Source: an uncultured Gammaproteobacteria bacterium (GTDB taxonomy: Bacteria; Patescibacteriota; Microgenomatia; CAZETR01; Amesbacteraceae). From it: a stretch of 64,000 nt of DNA. Where the stretch lies: assembly GCA_964518565.1 (NCBI GenBank), contig CAZFGX010000001.1, positions 267,046 to 331,045 of the forward strand, in the 5' to 3' direction. The notes beneath the pieces were generated by a model. That model was not told the DNA's origin. It was given only the letters and a program-made list of their open reading frames with translations, and did no database searches. Shown here piece by piece: positions 42,539 to 51,106 of this stretch; positions within the stretch are counted from its first letter, which is position 1, and each line of letters starts with the position of its first letter. The position numbers and the translations under genes were made by a program.

Positions 42539-43829
42539 ATCATATTTATTTATTGTCCTGGTGTTGATTGTTGTAATCTTGTATCCAAAATTTCCCTTAC
42601 TCGCAGTAAGTGGCAGCTTTGTTGCTATTAGATTAGAAGATATTTTAATCGCGTTAATAAGTATTTTTTGGTTAGTGGGGTCGAGAAAAAAAATAGCAGA
42701 AATCAAAAATCTACCCTTACACAGAACAATAATTTTATTTCTTATGATTGGTGCAATAGCTACCTTTGGGGGGATATTTCTTTCAAAAACCGTCGTACTT
42801 AGTCAAGGAATTCTCCATTGGACAAGAAGAATCGAGTATTTGATTGGCTTTTTTATTGCGTATGACGTGCTTAAAAATCAATCTCAACTTGTCATGTTAA
42901 TAAAAACTCTACTAGTTTCAAGTTTTTTTGTTTCAATTTATGGAATTGGTCAAAAATTTTTTAACTTTCCGTTAATATCCACAACAAACAGCGAATTTGC
43001 TAAAGGACTGGCGTTAACACTCGGTCCTGGTGCGCGTATAAACTCTACATTTGCAGGACACTACGATCTTGCTGCCTTTGCAATTATCCCAATAATAATT
43101 TCAGTGGGGCTGTTGACACTAAAGATAAAAAATAAATGGCTTTTAATAATAAATATGGCAATGATTTATTGGACCATGCTATTGTCAGCCTCACGAATTA
43201 CATTCGCTTCATTATTTGTATCTGTAGGAATATTATTGTTCTTAACAAAAAAATATACCTGGATGGTATGTCTGGTTGTTATTGCAATAATTAGTATTAT
43301 TGGTACTCCTCAACTTGCGGGCAGATATCGGGAATTAATTGTTAGTCACCTTATCTCAATAGTTCCTACTGTTTCTGCCCAAGAAGAGTCTAAAGCTGTA
43401 GACAGTGAAGTACCTGATGCATTAAAGCCTGCTGCAACTCCTGAAGACAGATCACTAAATATACGCTTAAAAGCCGAATGGCCAAAAGCTTTATTGGCAT
43501 TCAAAAAAAATCCCTTATTAGGGTCTGGATATTCTTCTGTTGGTCTGGCGGTAGATAATGACTATTTAAGAATCATGGCTGAAACTGGATTATTAGGTTT
43601 TTTTGCATTTATATTAATTCTCGTAAGAATCTATAGAAACTTTTTTGAAATAGTAAAACAGCCAAGCTCAATCTCAAGTATCTTTGTTATAAGTATTAGT
43701 TTAGGACTTTTATCCACATTAATTACTGGATTATTTATTGATATATTCGAAGCATCTAAAATTGCGATTATTATATGGATATGTCTGGGATTATCCGAAA
43801 AAGTAAAAACATGGGAATTAAAAAAATAG
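42525..43829 (+). CDS. O-antigen ligase / polymerase-like (Wzy_C family) membrane protein.
   Basis: Multi-helix protein with a large periplasmic loop. The loop carries PLLGSGYSSVGLAVDNDYLRIMAETG, which resembles the GxG...HN.YL signature of WaaL/Wzy-type proteins. Confidence 0.6.
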   Translation: MLKNKSYLFIVLVLIVVILYPKFPLLAVSGSFVAIRLEDILIALISIFWLVGSRKKIAEIKNLPLHRTIILFLMIGAIATFGGIFLSKTVVLSQGILHWTRRIEYLIGFFIAYDVLKNQSQLVMLIKTLLVSSFFVSIYGIGQKFFNFPLISTTNSEFAKGLALTLGPGARINSTFAGHYDLAAFAIIPIIISVGLLTLKIKNKWLLIINMAMIYWTMLLSASRITFASLFVSVGILLFLTKKYTWMVCLVVIAIISIIGTPQLAGRYRELIVSHLISIVPTVSAQEESKAVDSEVPDALKPAATPEDRSLNIRLKAEWPKALLAFKKNPLLGSGYSSVGLAVDNDYLRIMAETGLLGFFAFILILVRIYRNFFEIVKQPSSISSIFVISISLGLLSTLITGLFIDIFEASKIAIIIWICLGLSEKVKTWELKK

Positions 43830-45259
43830 TCAAAATTATTTTGTTGGTGGTAATACTAATTTTGGGATTTACTTTACGTTTATATAAAGTTTCAAATCCC
43901 ATTGCCGATTGGCATTCCTGGCGTCAAGCTGACACCTCAGCAGTGACAAGAAATTTCGAAAAATATGGGATTAATCTACTGTATCCCAAATTTGATGATT
44001 TTTCAGATGTATCTGGTAGCGGTAGATTCAACCCTAATGGATACAGATTTGTTGAATTTCCATTGTTTAATTTGCTTCATCTTTTAATACATCAAATACT
44101 TCCTGGTGAAAATATTGAGTTTTCGGGACGAATCACATCCAACCTTGCGGCTACTACATCAGGATTACTTTTATTTTTCTTAATGAGAAGAAAGTCTAAT
44201 TACACTGTAGGAATTCTCTCAGCATTTTTATATCTTACAATTCCATATAATATATATTTCACCCGCGTAATTCTTCCTGATCCGTTGATGGTCACCTTGT
44301 TTTTGCTGACCTTAAATATATATGACATTTTTTTACAAAAAAAGCACAGAAGATATTTGTGGTTAACTGGAATAGTTGGAGCTTGTGCCGTACTAGTTAA
44401 ACCAGTTGCTCTATTTTTTCTTCTACCGATCACAGTAATGCAGTACAAAAAACTTGGTAAAAAAATTTTCAGCTCGAGTGAGTTTTATATATTTTATACA
44501 ATACTACTTCTACCTTTTAGTATTTGGAGATTGTGGTCATATTTCCATCCAGAAGGCGTACCAGCTAGTAAATGGTTGCTCAATGGAAACGGGATAAGAT
44601 TTAAACCATCATTCTTTCAATGGATTTTTGGCGTGAGAATTGGCACCTTAATTTTGGGCAAATGGGGTGTGTGGCCATTTCTTGTTGGTGTCACAGAAAG
44701 TTCTGGATACATACTGGCCATGCTTACAGGCTCCTTATTGTACCTTATAGTTTTTGCGACAGGTAATGTTCAACATGATTATTATCAGTTACCAATTATT
44801 CCATCTATTGCGGCAGCAATGGCTTTTGGAATCTGGAAGGTGTGGCATAGTCAAAAAATTTTTTGGAGAAAGTTATTGTCTAGAACAATTTTAATTTTTT
44901 CTATCGGCTGTATGTTGGGATTTGGATGGTACGATATTCGTGGCATGTACCAAATCAATAATTGGTCGATAGTAAAAGCAGGACAGGAGCTAGATAGAAT
45001 TGCTCCCAAAGATGCCATTGTGATTGCTCCCTACCAAGGCGATACTGCATTTTTATACCAAACAAATAGGGCAGGATTTGCATATTTATATAAACCTATT
45101 AAAGACATGATTGATAGATTTCATGCATCATATTACATCTCAGTAAATTATGATGATGATACAAATGAATTAATGAAAAAATACACAATCGTAGAAAAAA
45201 ACCCTGAGTTTGTTATTTTAAAGTTAGAAGAACAAATAAAGCTCCTTCCTCCACAATGA
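43811..45259 (+). CDS. GT-C fold glycosyltransferase (ArnT/PMT-like).
   Basis: Polytopic. The first loop carries WHSWRQADTSAV. I chose the start at the ATG at 43811 (MGIKKIV). Confidence 0.5.
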   Translation: MGIKKIVKIILLVVILILGFTLRLYKVSNPIADWHSWRQADTSAVTRNFEKYGINLLYPKFDDFSDVSGSGRFNPNGYRFVEFPLFNLLHLLIHQILPGENIEFSGRITSNLAATTSGLLLFFLMRRKSNYTVGILSAFLYLTIPYNIYFTRVILPDPLMVTLFLLTLNIYDIFLQKKHRRYLWLTGIVGACAVLVKPVALFFLLPITVMQYKKLGKKIFSSSEFYIFYTILLLPFSIWRLWSYFHPEGVPASKWLLNGNGIRFKPSFFQWIFGVRIGTLILGKWGVWPFLVGVTESSGYILAMLTGSLLYLIVFATGNVQHDYYQLPIIPSIAAAMAFGIWKVWHSQKIFWRKLLSRTILIFSIGCMLGFGWYDIRGMYQINNWSIVKAGQELDRIAPKDAIVIAPYQGDTAFLYQTNRAGFAYLYKPIKDMIDRFHASYYISVNYDDDTNELMKKYTIVEKNPEFVILKLEEQIKLLPPQ

Positions 45260-46452
45260 AAATATTAATGCTAACGCCATATTTGCCTTACCCATTATTG
45301 TCTGGTGGACAAATACGTACATATAATTTACTAAAAAATTTAAGCAAACAGCATCAAATAACCCTTTTCTCGCTAATTAAAGATGAAAAAGAAAAAGCCT
45401 ATCTAAGTGAGTTAAAAAAATTTTGTACAAATATCCAGGTTTTTAAGCGAACAAACTCCCCATGGCATCCCAAAAATATTCTTAGAGCCGGTTTTACTCT
45501 TTACCCATTTTTGGTTACTAGAAATTTAGTAGACGGGACGAAAAAAGCTGTCGAACAAGAGATCGCCAACAATCATTACGACTTAATTCACGCCGAAACT
45601 TTTTATATGATGCCAAATATTCCAAAGACTGAAATACCTGTAATATTGGTCGAACAGACGATTGAATATCTTGGTTATCAAAGTTATGCCTCCAAAAGCA
45701 AACTTTGGCCGATAAGACCGTTGTTGTTGCTCGATATTTTAAAAATAAAATACTGGGAAAAGTATTACTGGCAATCGTGTAATCATTTAATTACCATGAG
45801 CGAAGACGACATGGAATTTATTAAATCAATTGCTCCATCTGTTAAAAATATTGATGTTGTAGCTAATGGAGTGGATACGTCGTGGTTTAATCAAGTTCAA
45901 AAAAAACTTCCAGAAAATCCTACAATTCTTTCAGTGGGAACATTTAAGTGGTTACCAAATTTAGAAGCCGTTGAATTCTTAGTTGAAAAAGTGTGGCCGC
46001 TTGTAAAGAAAAGCTTGCCTAAGGCAAAACTTTGGATCGTGGGTAACGCCCCTACGGCAAAAATTTATGGGTACGAAAAAAAAGATTCATCAATTAAAGT
46101 CACAGGAGGAATACCTGATATTAGAGACGCATATGCAAGCGCACATATCTTGCTTGCACCTGTATTTAGTGGAAAAGGTACCAGATATAAAATACTAGAA
46201 GCATTTGCTACTGGTACACCAGCTGTCGCTACAACAATTGCCGTGGAAGGATTGGGAATAACACCTGGCAAGCATGCTATCGTTGCAAATACTGCAAAAG
46301 ATATGGCGGAATCCGTAGTAAATTTACTAGCAAATAAAAAACAGCAAACTGAATTAGCAAAACAGGGAAAGGAATTTGTTGCTAAAAACTATGATTGGCA
46401 AAATATTTCAGAAAAATTGAACAAAATTTATCTGACAGTTGGCAAAAAATGA
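45256..46452 (+). CDS. GT4 glycosyltransferase.
   Basis: LSGGQIRTYNL N-terminal motif and C-terminal GKGTRYKILEAFATGTPAV motif. Confidence 0.8.
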   Translation: MKILMLTPYLPYPLLSGGQIRTYNLLKNLSKQHQITLFSLIKDEKEKAYLSELKKFCTNIQVFKRTNSPWHPKNILRAGFTLYPFLVTRNLVDGTKKAVEQEIANNHYDLIHAETFYMMPNIPKTEIPVILVEQTIEYLGYQSYASKSKLWPIRPLLLLDILKIKYWEKYYWQSCNHLITMSEDDMEFIKSIAPSVKNIDVVANGVDTSWFNQVQKKLPENPTILSVGTFKWLPNLEAVEFLVEKVWPLVKKSLPKAKLWIVGNAPTAKIYGYEKKDSSIKVTGGIPDIRDAYASAHILLAPVFSGKGTRYKILEAFATGTPAVATTIAVEGLGITPGKHAIVANTAKDMAESVVNLLANKKQQTELAKQGKEFVAKNYDWQNISEKLNKIYLTVGKK

Positions 46453-47282
46453 CCAAAATTTTATCGATAGTAATATTAAGTTTTAACGGAAAAAAAATCT
46501 TATTCGACTGTTTAAGATCTATCCCCAAAAGCCCCAAATGGCAAATATTCGTAGCAGACAACGGTTCAAATGACGGAACATTAGAAATGATCCGTACAAA
46601 TTTTCCAGAAATTATTTTAATAGAAAATAAAAGTAATATCGGATTTGCAGCGGGAAACAACATTGTCTTAAAAAAAATAGAAACCGAATTCGTGCTTTTA
46701 TTAAATCCAGACACAATTGTCTATCCGAACAGTATTGAAACAGTTTTAAAATATATGCAAGAGAATCCTTTAGTTGGTGCCGCTACATGTAGAGTGGAAT
46801 TACCTAGTGGCGAATTAGATTATTCTTGCCATAGGGGATTCCCAGATCCAATAAATTCGTTGCTTCATTTTGTTGGCCTCAAAAAATTCTCGTCATATAC
46901 TGCTCAAAATATCCCTAGTACTGTTCATGAAATCGACTCACTAACTGGTGCGTTCGCCTTAATTAGAACTTCAGTTGGCAAACAGGTAAATTGGCTAGAT
47001 GAAGAATATTTTTGGAACGGCGAAGACATAGATTTTTGTTACAAAGTTAAAGAAAAAGGCTGGAAAATAATGTATTTACCTGATGTCAAAATCACTCACT
47101 TGAAGGGGTATGCGTCAAAAGCCAGTAAAGATAGACGGCTCGCGTGGGCAAAAAATTCTACTGAGGTTATGCGACTTTTTTATAAAAAGCATTTAGCGAA
47201 AAAATACCCAATTATTGTTAACATTGCTGTATATATTGGTATTTATGCGCTAAAAATAATTAGAACTGCGAAAAATATATGA
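46449..47282 (+). CDS. GT2 family glycosyltransferase.
   Basis: LSIVILSFNG, FVADNGSNDGT and LNPDT (DXD) motifs. Start at the ATG at 46449 (ATGA overlap). Confidence 0.8.
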   Translation: MTKILSIVILSFNGKKILFDCLRSIPKSPKWQIFVADNGSNDGTLEMIRTNFPEIILIENKSNIGFAAGNNIVLKKIETEFVLLLNPDTIVYPNSIETVLKYMQENPLVGAATCRVELPSGELDYSCHRGFPDPINSLLHFVGLKKFSSYTAQNIPSTVHEIDSLTGAFALIRTSVGKQVNWLDEEYFWNGEDIDFCYKVKEKGWKIMYLPDVKITHLKGYASKASKDRRLAWAKNSTEVMRLFYKKHLAKKYPIIVNIAVYIGIYALKIIRTAKNI

Positions 47283-48312
47283 AAACAATTTGTATAGATG
47301 CTAGATTCTTTGGAGTAAAACACACAGGAATAGGTCGCTATGTAGAAGAATTAATCAAAAACCTACCTACTTCAGAATCTATGCAAGTAGTTTTAATAAT
47401 AAATGAGTCAGATAAAAATAATCCAATACTAAAAAAATTTAAAGTTCATTTTGCTAATAGACACCCATACTCAGTTGCATCCCAAATAGAAATGACACGA
47501 TTGTTGTACAAGATTCACCCCGATTTGTTACATGTACCTCATTTTACAATTCCAATCCTATGGTTCGGAAAAACTATTGTTACAATTCATGATTTGATTA
47601 AACACATCTCAGTTGGAACATCAACGACTACATTAAATCCAATTGTATATATACTGAAACTTTTTGGATATCGATTTATTGTTTGGCTATCAATTAGCCG
47701 CGCTTATAAAATTATTACACCAACACTTTACTGGAAAAAAGAACTACAAAACTACTACCAAATAAACGAAAAAAAAATAGTTGTTACATATGAAGGAGTG
47801 ACCCAGTTATGACATCATTTCTTGTTTACACTGGAAATTTGTATCCTCATAAAAATGTTAATATCGCAATTGAGGCGGCTGAAAAGTTAGAAATTCCAAT
47901 TAAAATTATTTGTGCAAGATCCATTTTCCAAAATCGTTTAAAAAAATCAAAGTATGTAGAATTTTTAAATAACGTCTCCGATTCTCAAATAAAAACTTTA
48001 TACCAAAAAGCTATTGCGTTTATATTTCCTTCTCGTATTGAAGGCTTTGGACTCCCGGGCTTGGAAGCTATGTCCGTAGGCTTGCCTGTGATTGCAGCAA
48101 ATAGCTCATGTTTACCAGAAGTTTACGGCCAATCAGCATTATTTTTCGATCCAGACGATGTACAAGATTTAATAAAAAAAATTTCGTTGATTATGAATGA
48201 TAGTAGTCTGCGCAAAGACATGATTGAAAAAGGGTATAGACAAGCAAAAAAATACTCGTGGGCTAAAATGGCACAACAAACATGGGAAATATACCAAAAC
48301 GCATTGCAATAA
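47279..48312 (+). pseudogene. GT4 glycosyltransferase disrupted by a -1 frameshift near 47798-47800. The two halves correspond to track ORFs 47279..47812 and 47809..48312.
   Basis: The first ORF encodes only a GT4 N-terminal domain and ends ...VVTYEGVTQL*. The second encodes only the C-terminal domain (LYPHKNV...EGFGLPGLEAMSVGLPVIA). Inserting a single G (GGAGTG-G-ACCCAG) restores ...YEGVDPVMTSFLVYTGNLYPHKN..., a canonical continuous GT4 protein. Confidence 0.6.
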
Positions 48313-49391
48313 TTTATGATCGTGTAAATAAATGGGGAGGAGCGGAACAAGTGTTGTTGGCCTTGCAAGAATTATTCCCTACCGCTGAACTTTTTACATC
48401 TGTTTATGATGCAAAATCAGCTTCCTGGTCAAAAGTATTTTCAAAAATTCATACATCCTTTTTACAGAAAATACCCTTTTTAATACACCATCACGAGTTG
48501 TTTCCTTGGTTAATGCCACTTGCGTTTGAGTCGCATGATTTAAAGAATTTTGATGTAATTATTTCCGTAACATCAGCCGAATGTAAAGGCGTACAAACAC
48601 TGCCTGGACAGCTACATTTGTGTTACTGTCTAACCCCTACGAGATATTTGTGGAGCCATGAAAAATTTTATATGAATACTCAATCTATGTTTAAAAAATT
48701 TTTATCAATTCCTTTACTACGTTATTTAAAAAAATGGGAACAGGTAAGTAAATATCGGCCAGATACATACATTGCAATTTCTAATGTGGTGAAACAAAGA
48801 ATTGCAACATATTACAACCAGGATGCAGAAATAGTCTATCCGCCTGTGGAAACAAAAAGAAAATTCACCGCTCAAAAAGGCGAATATTTTGTATGGATTG
48901 GCCGACTGGTTGCTTATAAACATCCAGAAAAAGTCATAAAGCTATTTAACAAGATAAACCTACCATTAGTAATTGTTGGTGATGGGTCAGAAAAAAGGAA
49001 ACTGCAAAAAATAGCTAAAAAAAACATCCAATTTGTAGGATTTGTAGATGATAAAACACTTAGACAAACCTTAGTAAATTCGCTAGCCTTTATTTCTATG
49101 CACGAAGAAGATTTTGGAATTTCGTATGTAGAAGCACAGGCTGCAGGTAAACCTATATTAGGTCTAAAAGTAGGTGCAGTAGCTGAAATTATTATTTCAA
49201 ATAAAACCGGAACATTATTTAAAACAGAAGAAGAACTGAAAGATGGAATTTTAAATTTTAGACCTGAGAAATTCTCCAGCAGTGAGTGTATCAAGAATGC
49301 CCAAAGGTTTTCCAAGGAGCGTTTTTTAAAAAATTTTGCTAAAGTATATACAAAAGCATGGAAAAAATATCGAACCACGTATATGTATTAA
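48282..49391 (+). CDS. GT4 glycosyltransferase.
   Basis: WGGAEQV N-terminal motif and EDFGISYVEAQAAGKPILG EX7E motif. Confidence 0.7.
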   Translation: MGNIPKRIAIIYDRVNKWGGAEQVLLALQELFPTAELFTSVYDAKSASWSKVFSKIHTSFLQKIPFLIHHHELFPWLMPLAFESHDLKNFDVIISVTSAECKGVQTLPGQLHLCYCLTPTRYLWSHEKFYMNTQSMFKKFLSIPLLRYLKKWEQVSKYRPDTYIAISNVVKQRIATYYNQDAEIVYPPVETKRKFTAQKGEYFVWIGRLVAYKHPEKVIKLFNKINLPLVIVGDGSEKRKLQKIAKKNIQFVGFVDDKTLRQTLVNSLAFISMHEEDFGISYVEAQAAGKPILGLKVGAVAEIIISNKTGTLFKTEEELKDGILNFRPEKFSSSECIKNAQRFSKERFLKNFAKVYTKAWKKYRTTYMY

Positions 49392-50455
49392 TACTCGCGG
49401 GGGGAGGCGGAACCCGTCTTTGGCCAAAATCCCGAGATGCAAACCCCAAACAATTTCTTAAGCTTTTTGAAGGCAAGTCGTTGTTTGAATTAACACTTGA
49501 GCGAGCCCTAAAACTAACTGAAGCCAAAAATATATTTATTAGCACGAATGAAAAATATAGAGCTGAAGTAAAAAAACAATGTGGTCAGATACCTCTGGAA
49601 AATATAATCGCAGAACCTATACGACGAGACACGGCTCTTGCCCACGGAGTTGGTGCAGCATATATCTATCGTAAAGATCCTGAGGCAATTATCTGTAACT
49701 TCGCTTCAGACCATATAATTTCTCCTCTGTCTGTTTTTGTGAAACAATTTAACAAAGTCATAAAGCTGGCAGGCGAAAGAAATGAGGTTGTTACCGTCGG
49801 TATTCCACCAAAATTTCCTCACACGGGAATGGGGCATATCCGAGCACGTAAACCCGTAAATTCTGACGATGAGGAAGTATTGTGGGGTGAGAAATTTGTA
49901 GAAAAGCCTCCTCTTGAAATTGCAGAAAAATATACAGAAAGTGGGGAATACTATTGGAATGCTAATTTGTATACTTACAAAGCTAAATTATTCCTAGATT
50001 TATTGAAAATTCATGCACCTAAGACATATGTCCTACTACCAAAATTAATCGAGGCAATCGGCACAGAAAAGGAAAACGAAATACTGCAACAAACATTTCA
50101 GATGGCTCCTTCAATCTCCATCGACTATGCTGTTGCTGAAAATCTAAAAAGATTCGTATGTATACCTGCCAAATTTGATTGGTCAGATGTTGGCGATTGG
50201 TCTGAAATGTGGAAACAGCTTTCAAAAGACGCACAGGGCAACGTCGTTTTGGGAACAAAATCGAAATATATAAATTTTGAATCTGAAAACAATATGATTA
50301 TTTTAGATAAAAAACTCATTGCAACGAGTAACATAAAAAACATGATTATCATTGATACACCAGATGCATTATTGATTTGTTCTAAAAAAGATTCACAATC
50401 GGTTAAAAAAATTGTAGAACTTCTGAAAGAAAAAGAAATGAAAAACTTTTTATAA
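49358..50455 (+). CDS. Mannose-1-phosphate guanylyltransferase (ManC/GMP family, no isomerase domain).
   Basis: VLILAGGGGTRLWPKSR signature and downstream motifs characteristic of GDP-mannose pyrophosphorylases. Confidence 0.7.
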   Translation: MEKISNHVYVLILAGGGGTRLWPKSRDANPKQFLKLFEGKSLFELTLERALKLTEAKNIFISTNEKYRAEVKKQCGQIPLENIIAEPIRRDTALAHGVGAAYIYRKDPEAIICNFASDHIISPLSVFVKQFNKVIKLAGERNEVVTVGIPPKFPHTGMGHIRARKPVNSDDEEVLWGEKFVEKPPLEIAEKYTESGEYYWNANLYTYKAKLFLDLLKIHAPKTYVLLPKLIEAIGTEKENEILQQTFQMAPSISIDYAVAENLKRFVCIPAKFDWSDVGDWSEMWKQLSKDAQGNVVLGTKSKYINFESENNMIILDKKLIATSNIKNMIIIDTPDALLICSKKDSQSVKKIVELLKEKEMKNFL

Positions 50456-51106
50456 TTGTGCATGAACTACGAAATCCTCAAACGAATCATTGATATAGGT
50501 TTAGGAACATGTTTTATTATTTTCTTTCTTCCGATATGTATCATGGTCGCTATCGCAATAAAACTAGAATCACCGAACGGCCCGGTATTTGCAGATACGC
50601 CGCCGCGCGTAGGTAAAAACGGTAAATTGTTTTACACATATAAATTTAGATCGATGATTCCCAATGCTTATGAACTTCTTAAAACTGATCCAAGATTTAA
50701 AAAAGCCTATGAAGAACAGCAAAAAGGTGGAAACTATAAAATCATGCACGACCCAAGAGTGACAAAAGTAGGCAGATTTATTCGAAAGTATTCACTTGAT
50801 GAGGTGCCCCAATTTATAAATATTGTAAAAGGCGAAATGAGTCTTGTTGGCCCTAGGCCTTATTACGCTGAAGAATTAGAGAAACAGCAACAAAACTATC
50901 CAGATACAAAAGAATTGGTCAAAGAGACATTATCTATTAGACCTGGACTAACAGGAATTTGGCAAGTTTCTGGTCGAAGTAATGTAAATTTTGAGAAAAG
51001 AATCCAGCTTGATGCTCAATATGCTCGTACATTGTCATTGTGGTATGATTTAATTATTCTGGCAAAAACCCCGTTCGCCATGATCTCCGCCAAAGGTGCA
51101 GTATGA
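50456..51106 (+). CDS. Initiating phosphoglycosyltransferase (bacterial sugar transferase, PglC/WbaP C-terminal domain type).
   Basis: Single N-terminal TM helix followed by PNGPVF...YKFRSM...DEVPQFINIVKGEMSLVGPRP, the hallmark of polyprenyl-phosphate hexose-1-phosphate transferases. Confidence 0.8.
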   Translation: MCMNYEILKRIIDIGLGTCFIIFFLPICIMVAIAIKLESPNGPVFADTPPRVGKNGKLFYTYKFRSMIPNAYELLKTDPRFKKAYEEQQKGGNYKIMHDPRVTKVGRFIRKYSLDEVPQFINIVKGEMSLVGPRPYYAEELEKQQQNYPDTKELVKETLSIRPGLTGIWQVSGRSNVNFEKRIQLDAQYARTLSLWYDLIILAKTPFAMISAKGAV

